DNA from: Octopus bimaculoides
Lineage: Eukaryota
DNA: 64,000 nt
Direction: 5' to 3'
Assembly: GCF_001194135.2 (NCBI RefSeq)
Contig: NC_068989.1
Coordinates: 12,381,666 to 12,445,665, forward strand
Shown: one piece after another, positions 1 to 13,019 of the stretch
How the letters are laid out: each line of letters starts with the position of its first letter
Position numbering within the stretch: the stretch's first letter is position 1
The notes under the pieces: model-generated
The model's database searches: none
Told to the model about the DNA's origin: nothing
Seen by the model: the letters and a program-made list of their open reading frames with translations, nothing else
Position numbers and translations under genes: made by a program

Positions 1-540
1 CCTCCCCCTCCTCCTCTCCCTCATTACCTCCTCCTCCTCCTCATCATGATCATCATGATCATCATCATTATCAGCGGTAGCAGCAGCATCGTCGTCGTCA
101 CCGCCGCCATCATGATCATCATGATCATCATGATCATCGTCATCATCATCATCAGCTCCTCCTCCCTTTTTCAACATTCTCGCTTTCAGATTCCCTTTCG
201 TTTATTCCTTTTTACATCTCCCCCTCTTCGTTCTTCATCGCTTCACTCCTTCACCATCGTTTCCTTTTTCTGTGTATTTTCCATTTGTTTCCACATTTTT
301 ATCGCTGCTTTCGTCATCATCATCATCATCGTCATCTGAACAGTCACCCCATCCTCATCCGCATCCTCCTCCTCTTCATCGTCGTCGTCGTAGTCATCAT
401 CACCACCAATCTCATAATCATTGTCATAATAATCAATCTCCTCCTCCGCCCCCCCTCTTCTTCTACCTCACCATCATTGTAATCATCATCATCATCATTG
501 TCGTCGTCATTACGTTCATGAAATTCCTTCCATTGTTATA
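1..540. repeat. Low-complexity trinucleotide repeat region (CAT/CTC/CGT)
   Basis: Imperfect (ATC)n, (CTC)n and (GTC)n runs; they explain ORFs 46..339, 272..688 and 285..482. Confidence 0.9.
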
Positions 541-712
541 CTCAATTTTCCAAACTAAATCACATTTTCTCGTCCTAATCCCAGGCGGTTTATGCGTCTA
601 TCTTTCTTTAAATATGCTCTTCTATGCAACAGTTACTCTAAGTTCACAATATCTCACACCTATTTTTCCTCAATTTCTGAAAGCATAGCCTAATATACTC
701 AGAGACTTGATG

Positions 713-878
713 TTATAATGTGTTCATTCCCAGACAGTTTTCACGTTTTTCACCTAAATTAGACAAGGTTAGACTAGTTGAGCCAATACTTATACCAAAC
801 ATTTCCGAATTGAAATTTGAATTTATGGAATCTATAAGTACTGTGGTGTAAGACATTTTGTCCGCCGCACTAAGGTTT
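713..878 (-). CDS. Weak candidate terminal exon, unknown protein
   Basis: Acceptor tgtgtattttgcAG at 879-880. Open frame NLSAADKMSYTTVLIDSINSNFNSEMFGISIGSTSLTLSNLGEKRENCLGMNTL* in non-repetitive DNA. No recognisable homology. Confidence 0.2.
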
Positions 879-1798
879 CTGCAAAATACACACAAACACA
901 CACACACACACACACGCATACTTATATGTCTTAATCGTAGTCTGCCTCATTTGAACTTTTCTATTGTATGTATTATATTTGCCTATCGCCTCGGGTTCGA
1001 CTTGAGCACTTATACGCCATCTATGTTTTTCGAAAGAAAATTATAATTGTATGTGTATATATATATACATATATATANNNNNNNNNNNNNNNNNNNNNNN
1101 NNNNNNNNNNNNNNNNNNNNNNNNNNNNNNNNNNNNNNNNNNNNNNNNNNNNNNNNNNNNNNNNNNNNNNNNNNNNNNNNNNNNNNNNNNNNNNNNNNNN
1201 NNNNNNNNNNNNNNNNNNNNNNNNNNNNNNNNNNNNNNNNNNNNNNNNNNNNNNNNNNNNNNNNNNNNNNNNNNNNNNNNNNNNNNNNNNNNNNNNNNNN
1301 NNNNNNNNNNNNNNNNNNNNNNNNNNNNNNNNNNNNNNNNNNNNNNNNNNNNNNNNNNNNNNNNNNNNNNNNNNNNNNNNNNNNNNNNNNNNNNNNNNNN
1401 NNNNNNNNNNNNNNNNNNNNNNNNNNNNNNNNNNNNNNNNNNNNNNNNNNNNNNNNNNNNNNNNNNNNNNNNNNNNNNNNNNNNNNNNNNNNNNNNNNNN
1501 NNNNNNNNNNNNNNNNNNNNNNNNNNNNNNNNNNNNNNNNNNNNNNNNNNNNNNNNNNNNNNNNNNNNNNNNNNNNNNNNNNNNNNNNNNNNNNNNNNNN
1601 NNNNNNNNNNNNNNNNNNNNNNNNNNNNNNNNNNNNNNNNNNNNNNNNNNNNNNNNNNNNNNNNNNNNNNNNNNNNNNNNNNNNNNNNNNNNNNNNNNNN
1701 NNNNNNNNNNNNNNNNNNNNNNNNNNNNNNNNNNNNNNNNNNNNNNNNNNNATATATATATATATATATAAATGTTTGTGTGTGTATATATAGTACGT

Positions 1799-1861
1799 CA
1801 CTCCGTCGGTTACAAAGACGACGAGGGTTCCGGTTGATCCTAGGAACAGAACAGCCTGCTG
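1799..1861 (-). mobile_element. SINE family C 3' tail fragment
   Basis: cactccgtcggttac...gacgagggttcc matches the 3' ends of the copies at 35430-35830 and 48630-49010. Confidence 0.75.
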
Positions 1862-2612
1862 TCGATCCCTTACGTCGGGCTCGCTTTTCTGCTGTTGCAG
1901 CTGACATCATCTCTTCACCGATCCGTAGTTGTTTGAGAAGTGTGCTTTCCCATTTGGTGCGGTCAGCCGCCAGGTCCTCCCAGATGTTGATGTCGATGTT
2001 GAGCGCCTTCTTGTGCCTTCTTGTGCCTCCTGCACACGTCCTTGTACATCAGCTGTGAGGGGCCCTTTTTTCTCTGTCCTGCTGCAAGTTCTCCGTATAG
2101 AATGTCTTTTGGAATTCATCCGTCTTTCATACGGCGAACGTGGCCTAGCCAGCGTAGTCGACGTTGTCTCAGCTAGGTGTACATGGATGGGAGGCCAGCA
2201 CGAGTCCATCTATGTACACCTGGATGGAAGCTGTTCCGTTTTTTTCCCTGACGGGTGTGTGTGTGGTCCATGTCTCGCTGCCATACAACAGGGTGCTGAG
2301 AACACAGGCATTGTACATAGCCATCTTTGTTCTCACTGTTAACTTTGGGTTTGTTCACACTCTTGATGTGAGACGCGCAAACGTAGTGGCTGCCTTCCCA
2401 ATTCTCTTGTCAATCTCGCCACCGAGAGAGAGGTTGTCAGTGATGGTGGACCCAAGGTAGGTAAATTGATGAACAACTTCAAGTTCGTAGTCATCGATTG
2501 TGACAGCTGGTTGTGTTGGTGTGCCTTGCGCCAAAATGTTTGTCTTCTTCAGGCTGATGGTCAGCCCGAAGTCCTTGCAGGCCTGGGAGAAGCGATCCAT
2601 TAGAAGCTGCAG
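1862..2612 (-). mobile_element. RTE-clade LINE, frameshifted 3' fragment of the reverse-transcriptase ORF
   Basis: DRFSQACKDFGLTISLKKTNIL...LEVVHQFTYLGSTITDNLSL..EIDKRIGKAATTFARL, then PKLTVRTKMAMYNACVLSTLLY and a DLAADRTKW-type C-terminus; classic RTE/BovB motifs. Confidence 0.9.
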
Positions 2613-3527
2613 TATACGTTTCTCTTTAATTTATAATGACTTCAAACGAAATTGAACCCGTACAATAATCATTGGTCCAATTTCATTATCTATTGATATT
2701 TTTTATAACCATAAAACGCAAAAGCATTTCATTCAATGTTACGTTTTAAAATGCATTTTCAATTAATCATCCCTACGAAGAAATTTATAGAAATTTCTTC
2801 GTATTTATACCCTCGAACATTCCCTATAGAGTTGAAAATAAGAGATATAGGATTTCTCATTTGTAAACCTTATTGAAAGTTCCTCCTATCTTACAATACA
2901 ATGACGCTTCCGATATTTGATTAGTTAGCTATCCTACCATCACTTGTGATATTGGTTTTACGATCGTGACATGGTAGCTAGGCACAAATTACGTAAAACT
3001 CTATGATTAAATTTACCAAGGCTTAAGTTAAACAAAAGAGGAATTTGACATTGCTCAAGGCATCGTATTGTAAAATAATGAATGATTCATTAGCATTCAG
3101 TATAGAGATAGAATCGTTAACACTCACAAATGAACCTCACATGGATTTCTGTCACTATAACTCTGTAGTAGTTCTTTAAACGTAAATATTTTATTCGGCA
3201 TGTATTGTTTAAGATTTTTTGCGGCGGATATGGCTTATGTCAGAATAATGTGAATAAATTTCAGATGGTAAGATGAAAATAAATGAGTGTTTGAGGAACA
3301 AACAGGAGAAACGATGAGATATATATATAAAAAAAGGGTTAATTATATTGTATGTTGTTGACATTCATAAGGAAAACGTAATGAAGAAGTTACCGAGTAT
3401 TTTCTGAAGTGACTTCTACATCATCACTTTCATATCTGGAAAGAGTATAAAAAATGTAGATAAATAGGAACTAGGCTGTATTTTATGGCCATATAGCGGG
3501 AGCAGTGCTTACACACATGCAACATAG

Positions 3528-3575
<48 letters not shown>

Positions 3576-3851
3576 TGACGTGAGTTGTGCACGTCGGATG
3601 TAAGTATTATATTCATGCAGAACGCACTTCGTACCACTCCGAGCGTACTATTGAACTAATACAGTAACCAATACGGACGATCAATGCTGTCAACTGTACC
3701 GCTGTCTACTACTCTCTCTATTTTGTCACTACGGCCACTACATATAGCGGGAAAGTACAAGGACCGTTCACACAGTTTCTTTATTGTATTGAATTGGTTT
3801 AGTCTACTTTCAGTCACTTGGAGGTGGTCAGGATCCTTCCACAGGAATATG

Positions 3852-3882
<31 letters not shown>

Positions 3883-4228
3883 NNNNNNNNNNNNNNNNNN
3901 NNNNNNNNNNNNNNNNNNNNNNNNNNNNNNNNNNNNNNNNNNNNNNNNNNNNNNNNNNNNNNNNNNNNNNNNNNNNNNNNNNNNNNNNNNNNNNNNNNNN
4001 NNNNNNNNNNNNNNNNNNNNNNNNNNNNNNNNNNNNNNNNNNNNNNNNNNNNNNNNNNNNNNNNNNNNNNNNNNNNNNNNNNNNNNNNNNNNNNNNNNNN
4101 NNNNNNNNNNNNNNNNNNNNNNNNNNNNNNNNNNNNNNNNNNNNNNNNNNNNNNNNNNNNNNNNNNNNNNNNNNNNNNNNNNNNNNNNNNNNNNNNNNNN
4201 NNNNNGAGAGAGAGAGAGAGAGAGTGAG

Positions 4229-4295
4229 GGTGGCTGAATGGTGAGAAGTTTGCTTTGTATCCAAATGGCTTGTGGGTTCAGCTCCACTCCGTGGA
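4229..4295 (+). mobile_element. SINE family B head fragment
   Basis: gtggctgaatggtgagaagtttgct...gggttcagctccact resembles the heads at 57380 and 63901. Confidence 0.55.
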
Positions 4296-4735
4296 TAGTT
4301 AGGTTGATCTCTTCTACTATGACAGAATAGCTGCATTGTTTCATTGTTGGCTGCGATATTTCTACATAAAATTCTTGATCACAGAGTCTCCCGACCCACA
4401 CTCGACCACTGTCAGGAAAAGCTAGTGGCCTCTTCACCATCTCATTGGCCTAATCATTTCTCCGCTTGATGTTAACTGGTAGAAGTCGTGGCTTCCTTCT
4501 TGCTGCTCTGCCATAGTAACCAAGTTTGTGGAGATACCTGACAGCTGTTCTGGGACTGACATCAACTTATTCTGTTATGCGAGAGGCATTCCAATGAGGA
4601 ATATCCCCTACAATTCTCTTATCAAAGAGCAGGCTCCTGTCAGAGGTCACTGGTTGATCTGGGCGATGTGATGTGGGCACCCTCCCCTCTCTGGTAAATT
4701 GCACAGTCACTCTGTTAACTCGACAAACAGACAGA
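4296..4735 (-). mobile_element. Tc1-like transposase remnant
   Basis: Minus strand reads VDVSPRTAVRYLHKLGYYGRAARRKPRLLPVNIKRRND*ANEMVKRPLAF-PDSGRVWV. This is a Tc1 HTH/linker region with a stop codon, and the W..V.FSDES motif is missing. Confidence 0.75.
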
Positions 4736-5048
4736 CAAATAGATAGATAAATGAACGTAGACAATATCAACCTATAAAAACTAAGTGCATAATTTACTCC
4801 ACATGTAGATTAAAAGACATCGATCAAATGGTGAAGCACACAGCAGTTCATTAATGCTTACACTTGGATATGGATAGAGATTGAACTATCCCCACCCCGT
4901 TTATTAACATTAACTCGTGCCCATATATTCAAAGATAACTGCAGTTTAACACAACGTTCGTAAGAGCAGATGTATATACTACGTTCGAATATAAATGCAT
5001 ACATAAATACATAACATACATATATATCTATACAAACAAACGCTCTCC

Positions 5049-5085
<37 letters not shown>

Positions 5086-5297
5086 TATAAATTGTAGGAG
5101 AGAAAATGTGTGTACGTCTATGTGCGTACATATATATGTGTAATTATGTACGCATGCGTGTATACACTAAAATAGCACTGACAAACGGAAGTATATCTGT
5201 TTTGTATATTTGTATTTTCTTGGAAGTGTACATCAATGATTTTTTTTTTTGTCAAATGCTATATAAATATTGCTGCAGGCAAACGAATCCTATAATG

Positions 5298-5350
<53 letters not shown>

Positions 5351-5832
5351 CATGATGCTGTTGATGATGTTGATGAGGATGATGATGGGGATGATGGAAA
5401 ATGAAGAAAATGTTTTAAATCTGATGCGGTAGAGAAGCAATTTTGTCTGTTAATACAAAAGTGGCTAACAAGCATCAGGAAATATCAGCATTTTTGAAAA
5501 GCTTTTCATCTACGTCACAAATAGAAATGCAATGTTAATTTACTACATATTATATATATATAAGTATAATATATATGTATANNNNNNNNNNNNNNNNNNN
5601 NNNNNNNNNNNNNNNNNNNNNNNNNNNNNNNNNNNNNNNNNNNNNNNNNNNNNNNNNNNNNNNNNNNNNNNNNNNNNNNNNNNNNNNNNNNNNNNNNNNN
5701 NNNNNNNNNNNNNNNNNNNNNNNNNNNNNNNNNNNNNNNNNNNNNNNNNNNNNNNNNNNNNNNNNNNNNNNNNNNNNNNNNNNNNNNNNNNNNNNNNNNN
5801 NNNNNNNNNNNNNNNNNNNNNNNNNNNNNNNN

Positions 5833-5864
<32 letters not shown>

Positions 5865-6023
5865 ATATATATGTGTATTACTTTTACTTCTTTTGGGATT
5901 TGCCTATCTCTTGATATATATATGTACACACACATAAATACATCTCACTCACACACACACATACGTACATGCATACCTATGTACACACACACATACACAC
6001 ACGCGCATTCACATATATACATA

Positions 6024-6066
<43 letters not shown>

Positions 6067-6102
6067 AACAGATAGAATCAAAAATTTAAAGAAAGGGAGA
6101 TG

Positions 6103-6170
<68 letters not shown>

Positions 6171-6319
6171 AAGAAAGAGAGAGAGATAGAGAGAGAGAGA
6201 TAATAGGAGAGTGAGAGGGGTGCATTCTTATTGATTTCTAATAGATTCCCCAAATTTCTTATCAGAAGGGCTTACAATTATCTACCGCTAATTTTCCTTG
6301 ATACAAAAAAAAGGTCTCA

Positions 6320-6760
6320 AATTTTTGGACAATACCAGCAATTGTCAGTGGGATGGTGTTACCTGACTACATTGAACACTATGCCGCAACGGTTACATTT
6401 TTGATCGACCCGAAACCATGAAAGGACGAAGTCACCTTGATTGATTTTGAACGCAGAACATAAAGCCGACTCTGACTGTTCATATTTTTGATATGTAAAA
6501 ATTGCTCTAATTTTGGTTAAGGTTCAGCAGGTTTTCGGAGAAGGATATTAGGGTGAGGATTAAAGTTTGTTGGACGCCACTACTTAACCGGTACTTGTTA
6601 TATCAACAAGTGAGAAGATGAATTGTAAAGGTGACCTAGACATATTTTCCAGTGAGAAAGTAAAACCGGACGAAGTGCTACTATACAGTTTATGCTAGCT
6701 CACCGCCTTCTTCATAAGAAAATATATTCATCAGGATTTGAACCCAGCGCGTAAGGCGAT
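6320..6760 (-). mobile_element. Highly degenerate SINE family A remnants
   Basis: gatcgacccgaaaccatgaaaggacgaagtcacc...ttttgaacgcagaac and gaagatgaattgtaaaggtgacctag resemble the family A core. Confidence 0.5.
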
Positions 6761-6860
6761 CTACGGTGCAATGTATATCGATCTATATCAAATTTATTTC
6801 TGCAACCATATTTACATGCATTTTAAAGATACAGTCCAACCACAGTAAGACCTCAAATGC

Positions 6861-6911
<51 letters not shown>

Positions 6912-7845
6912 CTCCTAGCCTAGCTGTTGATACACGCACATATACACATATAGATGCCTATATGTATATANNNNNNNNNNNNNNNNNNNNNNNNNNNNNN
7001 NNNNNNNNNNNNNNNNNNNNNNNNNNNNNNNNNNNNNNNNNNNNNNNNNNNNNNNNNNNNNNNNNNNNNNNNNNNNNNNNNNNNNNNNNNNNNNNNNNNN
7101 NNNNNNNNNNNNNNNNNNNNNNNNNNNNNNNNNNNNNNNNNNNNNNNNNNNNNNNNNNNNNNNNNNNNNNNNNNNNNNNNNNNNNNNNNNNNNNNNNNNN
7201 NNNNNNNNNNNNNNNNNNNNNNNNNNNNNNNNNNNNNNNNNNNNNNNNNNNNNNNNNNNNNNNNNNNNNNNNNNNNNNNNNNNNNNNNNNNNNNNNNNNN
7301 NNNNNNNNNNNNNNNNNNNNNNNNNNNNNNNNNNAACATCCACAGACAGACGCGTTCGTTTACAAGTAGTATATATTATAAGACAGCCATTAATATATTT
7401 AAATACGTATATTGGTTTTAAATTTTCAATAATATGACATTTCCTTTATCAATTCTTAAAAATGTTTTGCTATAATTTTCTTTATGATATACATTATCTC
7501 ATCTTGATTGAGCTTCAAGGAAAATTAGCTCGGCTGTTTCCTCTACCTTGTCGGAAAGGCGCTGTCAGGAGACAAAACCAGAAATTCGTATTCAGGAATA
7601 TATGTAATAAATAAAATCAATAAATGTCTTCTATAAATTGAATGAAAATATCAAGCCTGAATCCCAGTTTTTGTCACGTGGCATTTATTAAATTTTCTGT
7701 ATTATATGGAAGAAATTATTGGTTATATTAAATAGGAAAACCTGGATTATATCTTATATTAAAGTAGTTTCATTTTATTGCTCATACTTGTATCATATCT
7801 ATTGGATGTATATACGTACATGCATACATAGTTATATACATGCAT

Positions 7846-7887
<42 letters not shown>

Positions 7888-8391
7888 TCTTGATTAAACG
7901 TGAGTTTTAAATATATATATGCATATGTATATATGTATGTATATGTATATATATATCTATATATATANNNNNNNNNNNNNNNNNNNNNNNNNNNNNNNNN
8001 NNNNNNNNNNNNNNNNNNNNNNNNNNNNNNNNNNNNNNNNNNNNNNNNNNNNNNNNNNNNNNNNNNNNNNNNNNNNNNNNNNNNNNNNNNNNNNNNNNNN
8101 NNNNNNNNNNNNNNNNNNNNNNNNNNNNNNNNNNNNNNNNNNNNNNNNNNNNNNNNNNNNNNNNNNNNNNNNNNNNNNNNNNNNNNNNNNNNNNNNNNNN
8201 NNNNNNNNNNNNNNNNNNNNNNNNNNNNNNNNNNNNNNNNNNNNNNNNNNNNNNNNNNNNNNNNNNNNNNNNNNNNNNNNNNNNATGTGTATATATATAT
8301 GTATATATATGTATATGTATGCATATGTGTGTGTATGTATGGGGATACGTGTGTGTGAATGTACCCATTTTTATTATAAGAATCTTTAAAG

Positions 8392-8590
8392 CGGCGAGCC
8401 AGCAGAATGGTTAGCATACCGGGTAAAATGCTTTGAGGTTTTTACGCTCTCGGTCCAAATTCCATCGAAGTTCGACTTAGCTTTTGATGCTTTCGGGGTG
8501 GATGAAATAAGTACCAAGCAAGCACTGGGGTAAACGTAATCAGTTATACCCTTCCCCAAATTTTCGATTGATGTGTCTATTGTAGAATGG
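8392..8590 (+). mobile_element. tRNA-derived SINE family A (diverged)
   Basis: ggcgagccagcagaatggttagc head; ttcgacttagcttttgatgctttcggggtggatgaaataagtacc core. Confidence 0.75.
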
Positions 8591-8699
8591 ATTATAAGTG
8601 AAGTTGGGCTATTTAGAAAATGCTATGAGCGACCACAGACGGATCTAAATAATGAGCTAAGTCTCAATGATTCTCATAAAACGCATATCTCTCTCTGCA

Positions 8700-9030
8700 C
8701 TGCTGCTGAGACCCCCTTCGGTCATGACTGACCATGGGATTGCACCTCCGAGGTACAAGTCCGTGTAAGGTTGTTTATGGAAGACCAGCAGTCATCCATG
8801 CATACCAGCCTCCCCTCTCCACACCACTGATGTTATCCAAGGGAAAGGCAAAGGCTGATACAGCTTGGCCTCAGTGACATCGCAACTCATTTCTACAGCT
8901 GAGTGAACTGGAGCAACATGAAATAAAGTGTCTTGCTCAAGAGCACTACACGTAGTTTGGTCCGGGATTCGAACTCACAACCTCGTGATCGTAAGCTCGA
9001 CGCTCTAACCACGGAGCCATGCACCTTCAC
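8700..9030 (-). mobile_element. tRNA-derived SINE family D
   Basis: Minus strand has A-box tggctccgtgg and B-box gttcgaatcc; body homologous to 15490-15775. Confidence 0.85.
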
Positions 9031-9314
9031 CTCTCTCTGCACATGATGTTGATTATACATATATGTACACACATATCCATAATGTATGTATATGAATAAA
9101 CACACACACACACACACACATACATATGTATATGTGCATGCATGCATGCGTGCGTGTATGTGCATAAGAATGTGTGTGCATTGTGTGTAAGTATGTATAC
9201 ATGTTTATACTGTTAAACTTAGTTTTTATAAGCATGCGTGTAGACATGAATAGACATTATTTCCAATATACGAACTGCAAATATTGAGTTAGTTAATTTT
9301 TGATAAATTCTTAC

Positions 9315-9407
9315 AGTAACTTCGGAGTTTTGCCTCCGATATATCTTTTACTCTGACTTCCGTCGCTTGTGGCTGAGGCAATTCTTTTTATTGCACGCTT
9401 GCCATTC
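9315..9407 (-). CDS. Weak candidate internal exon
   Basis: AG at 9408-9409 and GTAAGA donor at 9314. 93 nt, phase 2-2, NGKRAIKRIASATSDGSQSKRYIGGKTPKL. Pyrimidine tract is poor. Confidence 0.15.
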
Positions 9408-9429
9408 CTTGAATATAACATATTCTGTT

Positions 9430-9550
9430 ACTTTATCTTTCATCCTTTCGTGGTCGATAAAATAAGTACCAGTTGAACACTGCGATCGATGTAATCGACT
9501 CATCTCCTCCCCCAAAATTGCTGCCCCTGTGACAGAATTTGAAACCATTA
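9430..9550 (+). mobile_element. SINE family A 3' half
   Basis: ctttcatcctttcgtggtcgataaaataagtaccagttg...cccccaaaattgctg. Confidence 0.8.
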
Positions 9551-9604
9551 TATAGATGCTTCTAGACTTGGAGTAAATTTAATATTTTACGCAAGAAATC
9601 CTAT

Positions 9605-10045
9605 TACATTATTTTCTACACTAGGTACATGGTCCGAAATATTTTGAGGGAGGGGGCCAGTCGATTAGATCGACCCCTGTACACAACAAGTACTTAATTT
9701 ATCGGCTCCGAAAGGATGAAAGGCAAGGTTGACCTCGGTGGAATTTAAACTCAGAACGTAAAGACAGACGAAATATCGATAAGCATTTCGTCCGGCGTGC
9801 TAACGTTTCAGATTTCTTTATTGCCCACAAGGGGCTAAACATAGAGGGGGACAAACAAGGACAGACAAAGGGATTAAGTCTATTACATCGATCCAGTACG
9901 TAACTGGTACTTAATTTATCGACCCCCGAAAGATGAAAGGCAAAGTCGACCTCGGGGGAATTTGAACTCAGAACGTAAAGACAGACGAAATACCGCTAAG
10001 CATTTCGTTCGGCGTGCTAACGTTTCTGCCAGCACGCCGCCTTAA
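9605..10045 (-). mobile_element. Two head-to-tail SINE family A copies with different tails
   Basis: The core gaaaggcaa(a/g)gt(c/t)gacctcgg..gaattt(g/a)aactcagaacgtaaagacagacgaaata occurs twice (~9715-9800 and ~9930-10040). Confidence 0.9.
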
Positions 10046-10759
10046 AATCATATTACATTGAATTAGTAAAAAACATTCGCTAGTTTCATCTCTAACTCGT
10101 TTTCCACATATAACTACATATAACAACACGGCAATGTACTACAGATTCAAACATACAGAGATACACACATACATTCACGTACATGCGTAAGCCGAGAGTG
10201 ATAGATATACACATACATAAAGACAGGAATCTTGTTATAACTATGGCTCCAGCAGATGCTCACACCAAGTTTAATCGTACAGAAAATCACAGTAAATTTT
10301 ACAGGAATGATCTTAGAATAATTTAGACCCTCGAAAAGAGTATGTCTATGAATTTCTAATAAGAATTCTTATTTCGATTGAATGCCAATCACTTCCAAAC
10401 GCCACCACATGCCATTCTAAATCCACACTCGCGTCACACGACAGTTAATTTAATTCCTCCTTCCTTTCAGTAATTTTTTTTTTATATCAAATTTTATTTG
10501 TCCATAAAAATGCTGTCTTCGGTGACATCTGACTGTAAAGCTGGTTATAATAAAGCAGTTTGCCGGTAGAATGTGCCGTGCGTGTCACGTGCAACGTTTT
10601 GTTTCAAAATCTAAACATAGGCGTATAGTGTTGATGATAGTCGCGACGGTTGGTGTTGGTGATTCCACCGCACCCCACCCCCAAATTCGTTTTGTTACGA
10701 TGATTGACCAGGCTGATATAAATATCGCTATTACGATTCTAACGGTGATTTTGTTGTGG

Positions 10760-11665
10760 TTGTTATTGTGGCAGTGGTGGTGGTGGTGGTAGTGGTAATA
10801 TTGCTGGTGATGACGATGGTGACGACGATAATGATGACAACAGAATGTTGTTGTTGTTGATGATGATGATGCTGATGTTGATGGTGATGATGGTGATGAT
10901 GATTATGATGACGACAACGACAACGATGATAAAGGTACTGTTCCTGTTGCTGCTGCTGCTGATGGTGACGACGATGAGGAAGATAATGATGATTATGTCA
11001 TTGATCATGGTAGTCTTGATTAAAGAGAAGATGTCAGAAAACTGTAATTATTGCTTCGATGAGCATGAGATCGACAATCATGAGGATAATGATAATGATG
11101 ATGATGATGTCGATACTAGGGACGAGCACTACGACGAAGATGAAGAAAACAAGAGGACGATGATGAAACGACGTCGGCCACGGCGGCATTTACAGAGACG
11201 ACGAGGACGACAACGACGAGGACGACAACGACGACGACGATGACGATAGTGATAATGATAATGATGATGATGATGATGATGATGACGACGACGATGATGA
11301 TGTNNNNNNNNNNNNNNNNNNNNNNNNNNNNNNNNNNNNNNNNNNNNNNNNNNNNNNNNNNNNNNNNNNNNNNNNNNNNNNNNNNNNNNNNNNNNNNNNN
11401 NNNNNNNNNNNNNNNNNNNNNNNNNNNNNNNNNNNNNNNNNNNNNNNNNNNNNNNNNNNNNNNNNNNNNNNNNNNNNNNNNNNNNNNNNNNNNNNNNNNN
11501 NNNNNNNNNNNNNNNNNNNNNNNNNNNNNNNNNNNNNNNNNNNNNNNNNNNNNNNNNNNNNNNNNNNNNNNNNNNNNNNNNNNNNNNNNNNNNNNNNNNN
11601 NNNNNNNNNNNNNNNNNNNNNNNNNNNNNNNNNGACGACGACGACTACGACGACGATGGCGATGG

Positions 11666-11704
<39 letters not shown>

Positions 11705-11726
11705 CGACGACGACGACGACGATGAC

Positions 11727-11757
<31 letters not shown>

Positions 11758-11960
11758 GCGATACTAGGGACGAGCACTACGACGAAGATGAAGAAAACAA
11801 CGAGGACGATGATGAGACGACGTCGGCCACGGCGGCATTTACAGAGACGACGAGGACGACAACGACGAGGACGACAACGACGACGACGATGACGATAGTG
11901 ATAATGATAATGATGATGATGATGATGATGATGACGACGACGATGATGATGTAATGATGT
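10760..11960. repeat. Compound trinucleotide repeats (GTG/GAT/GAC) with a ~190 bp duplicated unit
   Basis: (GAT)n and (GAC)n arrays; unit 11111-11302 is repeated at 11759-11951 across an N-gap. Confidence 0.9.
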
Positions 11961-13019
11961 AACGTCCTAATATCAGTGATACCGGCGTCGGATCTTGATC
12001 TTAATCGTGAATATCTCATAAATAGCAATAAATAGTTTTCATACAGTCTCTATTTGTTGCTTTATTTCCTTACAAAATCTCAATCAAATAAGTAACACCT
12101 CCCATCAAAGTCATCAACAATAGGGAAAAACATTATTATTTGTCACCGATCTAAATTTCCAAATAGATAACATAGAGCTTTGTATTTCATATTATGTTAT
12201 TCACGTTGACTTACAATTTCTTATATTTATCGATTACCAGGCAACTTCTTTAGTTTAGTGATGCGTTTCGAAGGGTATTATATTAAAAGTCATAACTATG
12301 TTTCTAAGGCATTATTTCATAGATTCATCATAGTTTATGAAATATAAGTATTAAAACGTAGGTGGGGATGTTATACTTTCATGTCATCGATGGTAAGTAA
12401 AAGAACTGTAAAATATCAAAATTTAGTCATATACAAATACATACACGCACAAAAAATATACGCAAGTTCAGTATATATATATATATATATATATGTACAC
12501 AAACACATATACATACATATATATTTATATATANNNNNNNNNNNNNNNNNNNNNNNNNNNNNNNNNNNNNNNNNNNNNNNNNNNNNNNNNNNNNNNNNNN
12601 NNNNNNNNNNNNNNNNNNNNNNNNNNNNNNNNNNNNNNNNNNNNNNNNNNNNNNNNNNNNNNNNNNNNNNNNNNNNNNNNNNNNNNNNNNNNNNNNNNNN
12701 NNNNNNNNNNNNNNNNNNNNNNNNNNNNNNNNNNNNNNNNNNNNNNNNNNNNNNNNNNNNNNNNNNNNNNNNNNNNNNNNNNNNNNNNNNNNNNNNNNNN
12801 NNNNNNNNNNNNNNNNNNNNNNNNNNNNNNNNNNNNNNNNNNNNNNNNNNNNNNNNNNNNNNNNNNNNNNNNNNNNNNNNNNNNNNNNNNNNNNNNNNNN
12901 NNNNNNNNNNNNNNNNNNNNNNNNNNNNNNNNNNNNNNNNNNNNNNNNNNNNNNNNNNNNNNNNNNNNNNNNNNNNNNNNNNNNNNNNNNNNNNNNATAT
13001 ATATATATATATACATATA

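Noticed and set aside
968-2058. Long ORFs of 250-335 aa in the track (also at 3.7k, 5.5k, 6.9k, 7.9k, 12.4k, 20.1k, 45.4k, 58.5k and 60.2k)
   Set aside because: They are open only because N-runs translate as X; the flanks are (TA)n or (CA)n
10845-11243. Poly-Met/Asp/Arg, poly-Thr, poly-Ile and YI/HT/CV-repeat ORFs throughout the window
   Set aside because: Translations of microsatellites with no non-repetitive coding signal
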